From: Escherichia coli
GTDB lineage: Bacteria; Pseudomonadota; Gammaproteobacteria; Enterobacterales; Enterobacteriaceae
DNA length: 64,000 nucleotides
Reading direction: 5' to 3' (one strand)
Assembly (NCBI RefSeq): GCF_009931435.1
Contig: NZ_CP043414.1
Shown here: positions 20,955-34,009 of the stretch, one piece after another
Position numbering within the stretch: position 1 is the stretch's first letter
Layout of the letters: the number at the start of each line of letters is the position of its first letter
The notes under the pieces: model-generated
Database searches by the model: none
Told to the model about the DNA's origin: nothing
What the model saw: only the letters and a program-made list of their open reading frames with translations
Position numbers and translations under genes: made by a program

Positions 20955-21357
20955 GCGGGCCAACCGGTACGCCGCGAAACAGCGCCACGCCCAAAACAGT
21001 GCCCACCAGCAGCCCGGCGACCAGTTGCGGCTGGCTGCCCATTAACGTCACGCCGCGCCCACCTAGCCAGGAGACAATAACGCCTACTGCAATTGCCACC
21101 AGCGATTTCCAGTTCAGAAATGAGTGAATCAGGGTTGAGGGCGGTAGCGTCCCGCTGGCGATGGGGGCCATAACGCCAATCGTCAGAATGATTATCCCGA
21201 TACTTAGCCCCTGTTTTTCAATCCACGGGAAAAAGGTGCTTAACGGTGTGACGCGGACAATGATTAACACCAGAATTGAAACGGCGACAGTGGTGTTATG
21301 ACTGATAAAGCCCAGCGCAGCTAACCCGAGCAGGATCAGCAAAGTGACATCAAACAT
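20911..21357 (-). CDS. yeaL: UPF0756 membrane protein YeaL
   Basis: 148-aa ORF; 3-prime end overlaps nimR by 44 bp (convergent). Confidence 0.8.
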
Positions 21358-21525
21358 CGTGGTTTCCTTGCCAAAAAATAATAAGCCTGCTTACTTTACG
21401 CTTGCTGCAGGAAGGAAGTAGAAAATCTTTACGTTTTTTGCATAAAAAATCAGGCGAACTGTCATCAAACTGCCATTTGTACACGCTATCAATAACGTGA
21501 AAACAGTTATCTCCCGGGGCATACC

Positions 21526-21630
21526 ATGAACGATCAAATGTTCGTTGAGACACTGATTATCACGTCATCGTTTTTTGTTATTGCTGTTGTGCTAGTTTTG
21601 TCCGTTCTGCTTATTGAACGGACAGGCTAG
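21526..21630 (+). CDS. yoaI: Small membrane protein YoaI (34 aa)
   Basis: Hand translation: [34 protein letters not shown]; not in ORF track; stop abuts the yeaK stop. Confidence 0.7.
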   Translation: MNDQMFVETLIITSSFFVIAVVLVLSVLLIERTG

Positions 21631-22134
21631 TTACGCAGTGCGGCGGAAATTCACCAGTTCTGGTTTCGCAATGCGCAGATAATCCGCAGTTTTCAAAATA
21701 ACGGATTTATTCAGCATGCCTGCATTAAAGGCGATTTCATCGAATCGCTCGAAGAGCAATGGGTCGGCGACCAGTTTGAGTTTTGGATGGAAGCTGAAAG
21801 GGGGGATCGCGCCAAAGACACAGCCTGTGAGTTCATCGACTTCCGCCGGGCTGGCCAACGAAGCGCGTAATCCGCCTATATGGATGGCAAGTTGGCTCAG
21901 ATCGGCCTGTTGATCGGCAGCGAGGATCGCCAGAACATGTTGATTTACGCCATTGCCTTTGACTTTACATACCAGTGCCTTAGCCCCCTGGCCTAAAGCG
22001 GTGCCACGAATTTCTGACACCGCTTCGCATTTACCTACCGCCTCATGGGTAACGACGCGGAAGTCAGCTCCTTCTTGTGATAATAAAGCGATTAACCGCT
22101 GATGCGTCACGCTTCCTTTAGCCATTTCAGTCAT
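21631..22134 (-). CDS. yeaK: YbaK/ProX-type aminoacyl-tRNA deacylase YeaK
   Basis: 167-aa ORF. Confidence 0.8.
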   Translation of the reverse strand: MTEMAKGSVTHQRLIALLSQEGADFRVVTHEAVGKCEAVSEIRGTALGQGAKALVCKVKGNGVNQHVLAILAADQQADLSQLAIHIGGLRASLASPAEVDELTGCVFGAIPPFSFHPKLKLVADPLLFERFDEIAFNAGMLNKSVILKTADYLRIAKPELVNFRRTA

Positions 22135-22176
22135 TTCATGCTCCTGAGATTACAAGCAAACAACCACAGAAGATTA

Positions 22177-23667
22177 TCATGAACGGCTGTTTTTGTTCTG
22201 CTTATTGACATATAAACGCTCATCGGAAGCTTTATACGCATCATGTAACGTATCGTTTTCTTTCATCGCATAAATACCGGAAGAGAAGCCGATCTCTTTC
22301 TGCGGCGCGATATGTTGCAGACGTTTTTCGATACGTTCAGGCAGTTGTGCTGCAATTTGCGGCGTCGAATCGACAAGAATGATGCAGAATTCATCGCCAC
22401 CGAGTCGGATGGCATAATCACTTTTACGAATCGACTGTTTAATCGCCTGAGCTAATAACGTAATCGCTAAATCTCCTTCCTGATGACCGAGCGTGTCATT
22501 TATTTGCTTTAACTTGTCCATGTCAATTGCAATAAACATCACCGAAGAACCAGATTGCACCAGTTTTTGCAACCGCTGCTCCAGTTCAGGGGTTAATATT
22601 TTGCGATTATACAGTCCGGTCATCGCATCACTAATATTTTCTCGCGACACATTTTGGTATAAACGGAAGTGCATCCGCACCATATTCAGCAAAATTAACG
22701 CCGTCAAAATCCAGAACAGAACGCTTTTCCACGAAGATGTGATAAAGTAAAGAATATCAATGGATAACGATACACGAATGCCGCCCGGTAAGTCATGGAC
22801 GTAACTGACATACTGGAACAGATTATCTTCGCTCTGGTTGATGATAATGTCGCGCCCAGAATCTGTATCGGTTAGCGTGACATTGAGAAAACGCCAGAGG
22901 AGAGGGCGGTCATGCGTGTAAAAGATATTCCGCAGATTGTTTTTATTAATATCCAGCAGCACAATTCCTTTTAGCTGCCCTGCAACATACACTGGCGTCA
23001 GCAAACTCATCACGTTCTGTTTAGTACGCTGATCCTGGTAAATGCTCGATAATACGGTGCGACCGGTAAAAACTTTTTCAATATCTTTGCGATCGATGCC
23101 AATGCTTCCTGACTGCAGGAAGGACCAGTTATTCATCGCAAAGTACTCAACATTAACCGGCTCATAAAAATAGACATAGAGGTCATTGAGATCGAGATAA
23201 TAGTGAAATTTCTCTTCGGCCATTCCAAGACCTGAACCATAATCATCCTGGTGGCGGTTGCCTTCCACTGCCTGATCAAAAGCGGGTAATAGTGCCGCAG
23301 CTTCCACAATTGTGTCGCAGTCAGTGGATGCGGTTTGTAGTGTACCGTGTAAGCCCGTGTACTTATGGGCAGTCAGGTTTAAACCATGGGTATTATTGGC
23401 AGACTCAAAAGCCTCGCAGATGGCGCGCCGCTGTTCTGGCGACACTTCCGACTGCTCAGCAGCGAGAGCGCGCATCACATGCGCGGCAATGCTCTGATTC
23501 TGATACTTATCATAAAGAAAGGAGGAGTCTGCTCTCTGCACGATATAGCGCAGATAGGCACTCATTGCTCTGTCGCTGGCGACAAGTTCAAAAATAAGGA
23601 AGGAAGATGTCAGCACAATGACACTTGCGGCGATAAAATGCCGGAGCATTCTATGGTGCAATTTCAT
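22177..23667 (-). CDS. dgcJ: Membrane-anchored diguanylate cyclase
   Basis: ORF 22177..23847; start set at MKLHHRMLRHF (496 aa); intact RLGGDEF. Confidence 0.85.
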   Translation of the reverse strand: MKLHHRMLRHFIAASVIVLTSSFLIFELVASDRAMSAYLRYIVQRADSSFLYDKYQNQSIAAHVMRALAAEQSEVSPEQRRAICEAFESANNTHGLNLTAHKYTGLHGTLQTASTDCDTIVEAAALLPAFDQAVEGNRHQDDYGSGLGMAEEKFHYYLDLNDLYVYFYEPVNVEYFAMNNWSFLQSGSIGIDRKDIEKVFTGRTVLSSIYQDQRTKQNVMSLLTPVYVAGQLKGIVLLDINKNNLRNIFYTHDRPLLWRFLNVTLTDTDSGRDIIINQSEDNLFQYVSYVHDLPGGIRVSLSIDILYFITSSWKSVLFWILTALILLNMVRMHFRLYQNVSRENISDAMTGLYNRKILTPELEQRLQKLVQSGSSVMFIAIDMDKLKQINDTLGHQEGDLAITLLAQAIKQSIRKSDYAIRLGGDEFCIILVDSTPQIAAQLPERIEKRLQHIAPQKEIGFSSGIYAMKENDTLHDAYKASDERLYVNKQNKNSRS

Positions 23668-23847
23668 GATAAATGGCACTCCTTCGGTTAGTGAAACGAG
23701 AAAACCAGATAAAGTTCGATTGCGGCCTGGCACAGGGGCGCTAATTATACTCATCTCTGCGCCGCTGGGGAGGGGAAATTTAGGGGTAATAGTAATAAAT
23801 TGTATGCAAAAGCCACGCAAAAAGCATGGCTCTGAATATTTTTGCAC

Positions 23848-25323
23848 TTAAATATGATGAATAATCACTTTGTTGCCCCCCTCGCTTTTCGCTTCGCGTA
23901 AGGCTTTATCTGCTTCCGTCATGACAAGCGAGATATTACGCGTGTCACCCGTTGAAAAAACCGTGCCAATACTGATGGTCATTTGTTCAGGAACATCATA
24001 TCTGTTACTAAAACCGGTCAGGAGTTCGACATTTTTACGCATACGTTCCGCAATGATTTTTGCCTGGGCACTATTGAGTTCGGTAAATAGCAAGCCAAAC
24101 ACCTCACCCTCCAGTCGCGCTAAAATATCATCGGGGCGGATGCTTTGCTGGATAATATCGACAATTGAAACCAGCACTTTATCACCCACACGATGTCCCC
24201 ATTGGGCATTGATGCGCTTGAACTGATTAATATCAACCAGCATGACACAAAAGTCCTTAACAACAGGTCGCGACAATAATGACTCTACGCTGTTGAAAAA
24301 GTAGCGCCGATTATAAATATTGGTCAGTACATCATGAACTGCCAGTTTGCTGGAGAGTTGCAGTTCCTGAAAAATGTTATAAATCAGAAAAGACACAACA
24401 AACAGTTTACTGGAAACTTCAATCCCGCGACTGATATACCAGATGGTGTAATTATACTCATCCAGAGTCAGTAGAAGTAAGTTGCAGCATAGCGATGCCA
24501 GACATAATAATGCTATTAACGGCCATAGTTCGCTGGCTAATCGTGTACGCATGATAATAAAGAACAGTAAAAATGCCCACAAACAAACCAATATTTTTGT
24601 ATAGTTGATTCCCCAGGTCGCAGTATGGTTGTCCGGACAGTAATCGACGACATACAAAGAATAGTCAGCGTTATAACTGCTCAGATTGTGTGCCAGAAGG
24701 GGAAAAACTAAAAAAGGAATCAGCGCCAGCAACAGAATGCCAGTTTTTTTCTTATTGTTGTCAAGGATGTTGTCTTTCCCATAACAAAAGAGCGCCAGCG
24801 AGGTTAAACAAATGAAACTGAGTTGGCGGAAAATATAGAAAATAGAAACATCATTCGACTTTGTCTGGATCAGTGTACTGCCGTTGATTGGTTTATGGAT
24901 AATTACAATGGTTTCAACTAAATAGATAAGGCCACTTAAAAATGCAAGGCTTAAAATGAGTGTTGGTAAAATTTGTTTGTTAGTGAAATACTTCATTAAC
25001 ATGAAAAGAAAAATGACGGCGTTAAGGAAAAACAAAGCCACAACAACCATCAGGTAATTCATCTGTGGGATGAGTTTTACATTGGTGTTTTCGTTATATA
25101 AGGTAGTAATGCAAAATAAAATTAACGTCAGCAATAAGCTGAAAATAAAAAAGCCTTGAGCTTTTAATTTTTGTGTACCCATAGAAGCCATAAAAAGGAG
25201 AGCAATGTGAGTGCTGGATTTTATTGATGGCAGAGATATATGGTTTTGACCAAGATCAATTTTCGTTGACGATAAAAAATAATTAAAGAATAACCCCAGG
25301 GAAATACGTGTTGACCGAATCAT
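23848..25323 (-). CDS. cdgI: Membrane GGDEF-domain protein with degenerate active site (c-di-GMP binding, CdgI/YeaI)
   Basis: 491-aa ORF; GGDEF position reads ARLEGEVFGLLF (EGEVF), so likely catalytically inactive. Confidence 0.85.
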   Translation of the reverse strand: MIRSTRISLGLFFNYFLSSTKIDLGQNHISLPSIKSSTHIALLFMASMGTQKLKAQGFFIFSLLLTLILFCITTLYNENTNVKLIPQMNYLMVVVALFFLNAVIFLFMLMKYFTNKQILPTLILSLAFLSGLIYLVETIVIIHKPINGSTLIQTKSNDVSIFYIFRQLSFICLTSLALFCYGKDNILDNNKKKTGILLLALIPFLVFPLLAHNLSSYNADYSLYVVDYCPDNHTATWGINYTKILVCLWAFLLFFIIMRTRLASELWPLIALLCLASLCCNLLLLTLDEYNYTIWYISRGIEVSSKLFVVSFLIYNIFQELQLSSKLAVHDVLTNIYNRRYFFNSVESLLSRPVVKDFCVMLVDINQFKRINAQWGHRVGDKVLVSIVDIIQQSIRPDDILARLEGEVFGLLFTELNSAQAKIIAERMRKNVELLTGFSNRYDVPEQMTISIGTVFSTGDTRNISLVMTEADKALREAKSEGGNKVIIHHI

Positions 25324-25469
25324 TTTTCCGAATGATTGTTTTCTGAAACTAAATTGTGTAAAGGTTATGCTGTCATATTTAAAGCGATTGTAAGCTAATG
25401 TATGTAATAAATGAGATAATTTACAGTGAGCTAAAAATCAGCCAGGCGATAATGACCCGGCTGACAGTT

Positions 25470-26765
<1,296 letters not shown>

Positions 26766-26865
26766 CTACATTTGCCAACTGTTTGCTACGCCTGTGTTGC
26801 CGCTTCTCTGGCCCACGGTTCGCTGTCGTTGTAGGCCCGGTAGCATGCGTACCGGGCCATGGTTG

Positions 26866-28800
26866 TTAAGACGATTTACGTACGCGCAAATACCATTCGC
26901 ACAGTAAACGCACCTGTTTACGGGTGTAGCCTTTTTCCATCATACGGTCGACAAAATCGTCGTGTTTCTTCTGCTCGTCGGTTGACGTTTTGGCGTTAAA
27001 CGAAATAACCGGCAACAGCTCCTCGGTATTAGAGAACATTTTCTTCTCAATAACCGTGCGCAGTTTTTCATAGCTGGTCCAGTTCGGATTGCGTCCGCTG
27101 TTATTCGCTCTGGCGCGCAGTACGAAGTTGACAATCTCGTTGCGGAAATCTTTTGGATTACTGATCCCCGCCGGTTTCTCAATTTTCTCCAGCTCAGCGT
27201 TGAGAGATTCGCGGTCAAATAGCTGCCCGGTATCCGGGTCGCGATACTCCTGATCCTGAATCCAGAAATCTGCATACGTGACATAACGGTCAAAAATGTT
27301 TTGTCCATATTCAGAATAGGATTCAAGATACGCAGTCTGAATCTCTTTACCGATAAACTCAGCATATTTCGGAATCAAGTAACCTTTCAGGAACTCGAGA
27401 TAACGCTCAGCCTGCTCCTGAGGGAACTGCTCGCGCTCGATCTGCTGTTCCAGGACGTAGAACAGATGAACAGGGTTTGCTGCCACTTCCACGTGGTCGA
27501 AGTTGAACACGCGAGAGAGGATCTTAAACGCAAAACGCGTGGACAGACCGTTCATCCCTTCATCAACGCCTGCGTAGTCACGATATTCCTGATACGACTT
27601 GGCTTTCGGATCGGTGTCTTTCAGACTTTCGCCATCATAAACCCGCATCTTCGAATAAATGCTGGAGTTTTCCGGCTCTTTCAGACGCGAAAGAATGGAA
27701 AAACGAGACAGCGTTTCCAGCGTGCCAGGTGCGCATGGGGCGTGAGTCAGTTCACTGTGATTAAGCAATTTCTCGTAGATTTTGATCTCTTCGGAAATAC
27801 GCAAGCAATATGGCACCTTCACGATATAAACACGATCGAGGAAGGCTTCGTTGTTCTTGTTATTACGGAAAGTGACCCATTCGGATTCGTTCGAATGGGC
27901 GAGAATAATCCCGTTAAACGGCAGGGCGGAGATACCTTCCGTCCCGTTGTAGTTACCTTCCTGAGTGGCGGTTAACAGGGGATGCAGCACTTTAATCGGT
28001 GCTTTAAACATCTCGACAAACTCCATGATCCCCTGGTTGGCGCGGCATAGTGCACCGGAATATCCGTAGGCGTCCGGATCGTTCTGCGCGTAGTGTTCGA
28101 GTTTACGGATATCGACTTTCCCTACCAGCGCTGAGATGTCCTGGTTGTTCTCATCGCCAGGTTCCGTTTTGGCGATAGCAATTTGTTGCAGAATTGACGG
28201 CCAGACCTTTACCACCCGGAACTTAGTAATATCGCCACCAAATTCATGCAGGCGTTTTGCTGCCCACGGCGACATGATGGTGCCAAGATAGCGTCGAGGA
28301 ATGCCATACTCTTTTTCCAGAATCTGCGCATCTTCTTGCGGATTGAAAAGACAGAACGGATGATCGTTGACCGGGCTCCGCTCACCGTTAGCGCTTAATA
28401 CATAGATCGGCACGAGCTGCATTAATGATTTCAGTCGCTCAGCAAGCGATGATTTACCCCCACCCACAGGCCCCAGCAGATACAGGATTTGTTTCTTCTC
28501 CTCCAGCCCCTGAGCCGCGTGTTTCAGATAAGAGACAATCTGTTCAATCGCGTCTTCCATGCCGTAAAACTCTTCAAAGGCCGGGTAACGTGCAATGACC
28601 CGGTTAGAAAAGAGTCGAGAAAGTCTGGGTTCCTGGGCTGTATCGACCATGACAGGCTCACCGATAGCCATCAATAGCCGCTCAGCCGCGTTGGCATAAG
28701 CACTGCGATCTTGCCGACAAGTGGTAAGAAACTCCTGCAGTGTGAACTCTTCGTCCTTGGCAGCTTCATATCGCTGGCGATAGTGATCGAATATATTCAT
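26866..28800 (-). CDS. yeaG: PrkA-family serine protein kinase YeaG
   Basis: 644-aa ORF; Walker A LLGPVGGGKSSL. Confidence 0.9.
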   Translation of the reverse strand: MNIFDHYRQRYEAAKDEEFTLQEFLTTCRQDRSAYANAAERLLMAIGEPVMVDTAQEPRLSRLFSNRVIARYPAFEEFYGMEDAIEQIVSYLKHAAQGLEEKKQILYLLGPVGGGKSSLAERLKSLMQLVPIYVLSANGERSPVNDHPFCLFNPQEDAQILEKEYGIPRRYLGTIMSPWAAKRLHEFGGDITKFRVVKVWPSILQQIAIAKTEPGDENNQDISALVGKVDIRKLEHYAQNDPDAYGYSGALCRANQGIMEFVEMFKAPIKVLHPLLTATQEGNYNGTEGISALPFNGIILAHSNESEWVTFRNNKNNEAFLDRVYIVKVPYCLRISEEIKIYEKLLNHSELTHAPCAPGTLETLSRFSILSRLKEPENSSIYSKMRVYDGESLKDTDPKAKSYQEYRDYAGVDEGMNGLSTRFAFKILSRVFNFDHVEVAANPVHLFYVLEQQIEREQFPQEQAERYLEFLKGYLIPKYAEFIGKEIQTAYLESYSEYGQNIFDRYVTYADFWIQDQEYRDPDTGQLFDRESLNAELEKIEKPAGISNPKDFRNEIVNFVLRARANNSGRNPNWTSYEKLRTVIEKKMFSNTEELLPVISFNAKTSTDEQKKHDDFVDRMMEKGYTRKQVRLLCEWYLRVRKSS

Positions 28801-29235
28801 GGTATGCCGTCCTTTCGTTTTTTAGCACAGGTTAAGAGCCGTTCATATGAATAGTAGAGGCTCCCGGAAGAGGTAAACTGAACGACGTCTCTTGCTAAAA
28901 CACAGCAACTCTCATGCCATTTTATCGACGATGAGAACAACGTGCCCGGTGATACACCTTCAAAATTAAGCGTAGATGGCAAATGGAAAACTTGCCTGCA
29001 CGGCTTTCTTAATTTCAATGGCATATCAACAACTCATCCATAAAATTTGCATAATTAATGTAAAGACCAGGGTCGCCAGTAACGCGTAATTCATTTGGCT
29101 GTAAGCGTGGTGTCATCTGCGTCAGGAAAATTAAACAGTTACTTTAAAAAATGAAAACGTAAAAAGGTTGGGTTTCGATGTATTGACGGGTAAACTTTGT
29201 CGCCCGCTAAACATTTGTTTAAGGAATGATTAATT

Positions 29236-29982
29236 GTGACCAAACTCAAACTTCTGGCACTTGGAGTGCTTATCGCAACGTCTGCAGGCGTAGCGCACGC
29301 TGAAGGTAAATTTTCCCTGGGCGCAGGCGTAGGTGTCGTTGAACACCCATATAAAGATTACGATACCGATGTTTACCCAGTACCGGTAATCAACTATGAA
29401 GGCGATAACTTCTGGTTCCGTGGCTTAGGTGGTGGTTACTACCTGTGGAATGACGCAACGGATAAACTTTCAATTACCGCTTACTGGTCGCCGCTTTACT
29501 TCAAAGCTAAAGACAGTGGCGATCACCAAATGCGTCACCTGGATGACCGTAAGAGCACCATGATGGCTGGTCTGTCTTATGCTCACTTTACCCAGTACGG
29601 TTACCTGCGTACCACCCTGGCTGGCGATACCCTGGATAACAGCAACGGCATCGTCTGGGATATGGCCTGGTTGTATCGTTACACCAACGGTGGCCTGACC
29701 GTGACTCCGGGTATTGGTGTGCAGTGGAACAGCGAAAACCAGAACGAATACTATTATGGCGTATCGCGCAAAGAGTCTGCGCGCAGCGGTCTGCGTGGCT
29801 ATAACCCGAATGACAGCTGGAACCCTTACCTGGAGCTAAGTGCCAGCTACAACTTCCTCGGCGACTGGAGTGTTTACGGCACCGCACGCTACACTCGTCT
29901 GTCTGATGAAGTTACTGACAGCCCGATGGTAGATAAATCCTGGACTGGCCTGATTTCTACCGGGATCACCTACAAATTCTGA
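29236..29982 (+). CDS. mipA: MltA-interacting outer-membrane protein MipA
   Basis: 248-aa ORF, GTG start, signal peptide, ends in aromatic (F) typical of beta-barrel OMPs. Confidence 0.85.
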   Translation: MTKLKLLALGVLIATSAGVAHAEGKFSLGAGVGVVEHPYKDYDTDVYPVPVINYEGDNFWFRGLGGGYYLWNDATDKLSITAYWSPLYFKAKDSGDHQMRHLDDRKSTMMAGLSYAHFTQYGYLRTTLAGDTLDNSNGIVWDMAWLYRYTNGGLTVTPGIGVQWNSENQNEYYYGVSRKESARSGLRGYNPNDSWNPYLELSASYNFLGDWSVYGTARYTRLSDEVTDSPMVDKSWTGLISTGITYKF

Positions 29983-30071
29983 TAATGCATCTTTCCAGGG
30001 CATTTTGTGCATAAAAACAGGGCGTAACGCCCTGTTTTGCATTACGGTGGTGCTATACCTGGGAGGAAACA

Positions 30072-30926
30072 ATGCAACAAAAAATGATTCAATTTAGTGG
30101 CGATGTCTCACTGCCAGCCATAGGGCAGGGAACATGGTATATGGGCGAAGATGCCAGTCAGCGTAAAACAGAAGTTGCTGCACTACGCGCGGGCATTGAA
30201 CTCGGTTTAACCCTCATTGATACCGCCGAAATGTATGCCGATGGCGGTGCCGAAAAAGTGGTTGGGGAAGCATTAATCGGTCTGCGTGAGAACGTCTTTC
30301 TCGTCTCTAAAGTCTATCCGTGGAATGCTGGCGGGCAAAAAGCGATAAATGCATGCGAAGCCAGTTTACGCCGTCTCAATACTGATTATCTCGATCTCTA
30401 CTTATTACACTGGTCTGGCAGTTTCGCTCTCGAAGAGACTGTCGCAGCGATGGAAAAATTGATCGCCCAGGGAAAAATCCGCCGCTGGGGCGTTTCTAAC
30501 CTTGATTATGCCGATATGCAGGAACTCTGGCAGCTGCCGGGGGGAAATCAGTGTGCCACTAATCAGGTGCTTTACCATCTCGGTTCACGAGGGATTGAGT
30601 ACGATCTACTGCCCTGGTGCCAGAAACAGCAGATGCCGGTGATGGCTTACAGTCCATTAGCCCAGGCCGGCCGGTTGCGCAATGGACTGTTAAAAAATGC
30701 GGTAGTCAACGAAATTGCACATGCTCACAATATCAGTGCGGCACAAGTATTGTTGGCGTGGGTAATCAGCCATCAGGGTGTGATGGCGATTCCAAAAGCG
30801 GCAACTGTCGCACATGTCCAACAAAATGCGGATGTGCTTGAGGTTGAACTTTCGTCAGCGGAATTAGTTATGCTGGATAAAGCGTATCCGGCACCAAAAG
30901 GAAAAACTGCGTTGGATATGGTGTGA
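30072..30926 (+). CDS. yeaE: Aldo-keto reductase YeaE
   Basis: 284-aa ORF. Confidence 0.85.
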   Translation: MQQKMIQFSGDVSLPAIGQGTWYMGEDASQRKTEVAALRAGIELGLTLIDTAEMYADGGAEKVVGEALIGLRENVFLVSKVYPWNAGGQKAINACEASLRRLNTDYLDLYLLHWSGSFALEETVAAMEKLIAQGKIRRWGVSNLDYADMQELWQLPGGNQCATNQVLYHLGSRGIEYDLLPWCQKQQMPVMAYSPLAQAGRLRNGLLKNAVVNEIAHAHNISAAQVLLAWVISHQGVMAIPKAATVAHVQQNADVLEVELSSAELVMLDKAYPAPKGKTALDMV

Positions 30927-30976
30927 TGTTGATACGTGCCGGATGCATCGCACCCGGCACACAATATTAACGCAAA

Positions 30977-31861
30977 TTAACGTTTCGCAACGCGAATGGA
31001 TTGCGCCAGATGTGCAGGTTTCTCTTTGGTGACTTTTTGCGTTTCTGAAGCGTATGCCGTTTCTACACAAACAAAGGTCTTGTAGCCATCATCCGGCATA
31101 TCGCCCATGCTAACTGAAAGCGCCGGTCCTGGGTTCCAGCCTACAACGTTCAGATGATGCTGGTGGCCTACGGCGATAATACGATTCAGCGCTTCGTCAT
31201 TAATTACGCTGCAATCTTGCGGATTCAGATACACGCGATCGGTACGGTCAGGGAAGGTCTGAATACCGTCGGTCAGTACATCTTCTTTCGCGTCATTTAC
31301 TTTATCAATGAAGCGATCGCCTAGTCCACTGACGCTTACCTTAGCGATATCACCCACGTTAAAGTAGGTATGCAGAGCAGAGGTAGTTTCAAATTCGCCG
31401 TGTGCTTCAAGATCGATTTCACAGGTTTTACCCACGTGGAAATGCGCTAACAGCGTAAAGTCGTGCGGCCAGAATTTTTTCGTCTCTTCGCTTTGTGTCA
31501 ATTCAAAAGTCAGCGCTACACCATCAGCATCTTCACGATGTGATTTCAGCGTCCACGGCAGGTTGCGGGCAAAACCGTGCGCAGGCAGACCTTGTTGTGC
31601 AGCCGGACCAAACCACGGCCAGCAAACCGGTATGCCACCGCGAATGGCGACGCCATTTTTGAACGGTGTGTTGTTACTCAACCACAGAACTTCTTCTGCA
31701 CCCGCAGGTTTCCACGAGAGAAGGTGTGCGCCCTGTAATGCAAAAGAGGCTTTTACCTGGGGATGATCGACCACAATGAGGTCCAGTTCATCCAGTTTAC
31801 GACGGGAGAGGACAGGGGAGATTTGTTCGATGACCGGAAGGGCAAAAATTTTCTTAATCAT
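30977..31861 (-). CDS. yeaD: Glucose-6-phosphate 1-epimerase-like (aldose 1-epimerase family) YeaD
   Basis: ORF 30977..31882; start set at MIKKIFALPV (294 aa). Confidence 0.85.
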   Translation of the reverse strand: MIKKIFALPVIEQISPVLSRRKLDELDLIVVDHPQVKASFALQGAHLLSWKPAGAEEVLWLSNNTPFKNGVAIRGGIPVCWPWFGPAAQQGLPAHGFARNLPWTLKSHREDADGVALTFELTQSEETKKFWPHDFTLLAHFHVGKTCEIDLEAHGEFETTSALHTYFNVGDIAKVSVSGLGDRFIDKVNDAKEDVLTDGIQTFPDRTDRVYLNPQDCSVINDEALNRIIAVGHQHHLNVVGWNPGPALSVSMGDMPDDGYKTFVCVETAYASETQKVTKEKPAHLAQSIRVAKR

Positions 31862-31944
31862 GACGCAGTCCTTTAACTTCATTTTATCAGGTAAAAAAAA
31901 GAGCGACCGAAGTCGCTCTTTTTAGATCACAGAGTCATCTCAAC

Positions 31945-32952
<1,008 letters not shown>

Positions 32953-33281
32953 CTATTTGTTAGTGAATAAAAGGTTGCCTGTAAAATTACAAAAACCTTA
33001 CGCAGCGTCAAGCGGAATCGTGTCAATCATTGCGACAAATCAATCCTGTGCCTAAGCATTATGCGACTGACTCGCCTCACTCTTCCTTTGGGCTTGAGAC
33101 CACATGGGGTCGGCGCCCCGAATTTTAAAGGGCAATTACGATAAAAATGTGATTTTCATCACGATTTAGGTGCAGCCATTTCGTCGAGATCAAGTTTAGG
33201 ACAAAATTTTGCCAGTTGGTGTTAATGTTTTGTTAGAATCAGTCACGTAATGTGAGCACGATTAAAGTGAGATGTGAGCAA

Positions 33282-33695
33282 ATGGCTAATAAACCTTCGG
33301 CAGAAGAACTGAAAAAAAATTTGTCCGAGATGCAGTTCTACGTGACGCAGAATCATGGGACAGAGCCGCCATTTACGGGTCGTTTACTGCATAACAAGCG
33401 TGACGGCGTATATCACTGTTTGATCTGCGATGCCCCGCTGTTTCATTCCCAAACCAAGTATGATTCCGGCTGTGGCTGGCCCAGTTTCTACGAACCGGTG
33501 AGTGAAGAATCCATTCGTTATATCAAAGACTTGTCACATGGAATGCAGCGCATAGAAATTCGTTGCGGTAACTGTGATGCCCATCTGGGGCATGTCTTCC
33601 CCGACGGGCCACAGCCAACGGGTGAACGTTATTGTGTTAACTCAGCCTCTTTACGCTTTACCGATGGCGAAAACGGCGAAGAAATCAACGGTTGA
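33282..33695 (+). CDS. msrB: Peptide methionine (R)-S-oxide reductase MsrB
   Basis: ORF 33252..33695; start set at [10 protein letters not shown] (137 aa); two CxxC zinc motifs and catalytic RYCVNSASL. Confidence 0.9.
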
Positions 33696-33736
33696 AAAAA
33701 CGATTCAGCAACTTATTCCACAGGAGCGGAAAATTT

Positions 33737-34009
33737 ATGAATCTTGATGACATTATCAACAGCATGACGCCTGAGGTATACCAGCGTTTGTCGACAGCCG
33801 TTGAACTGGGTAAGTGGCCAGATGGCGTTGCGCTGACCGAGGAACAAAAAGAGAACTGCCTACAGCTGGTGATGCTGTGGCAAGCCCGCCATAATACCGA
33901 AGCACAGCATATGACAATTGACACACATGGTCAGATGGTTATGAAGAGCAAACAACAGTTAAAAGAAGATTTTGGTATCTCAGCAAAGCCTATTGCCATG
34001 TTTAAATGA
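33737..34009 (+). CDS. yeaC: DUF1315 protein YeaC
   Basis: ORF 33692..34009; start set at MNLDDIINSM (90 aa). Confidence 0.8.
   Translation: MNLDDIINSMTPEVYQRLSTAVELGKWPDGVALTEEQKENCLQLVMLWQARHNTEAQHMTIDTHGQMVMKSKQQLKEDFGISAKPIAMFK

Noticed and set aside
22177-23847. N-terminal extensions in the ORF track (dgcJ 556 aa, sppA 666 aa, ydjY 279 aa, astD 511 aa, topB 670 aa, dgcP 384 aa and others)
   Set aside because: Upstream in-frame codons without start-site context; internal Met or GTG starts reproduce the lengths of known proteins and are preceded by better spacing to the upstream gene.
27301-27975. 224-aa plus-strand ORF inside yeaG
   Set aside because: Antisense to the PrkA-kinase gene; no independent support.
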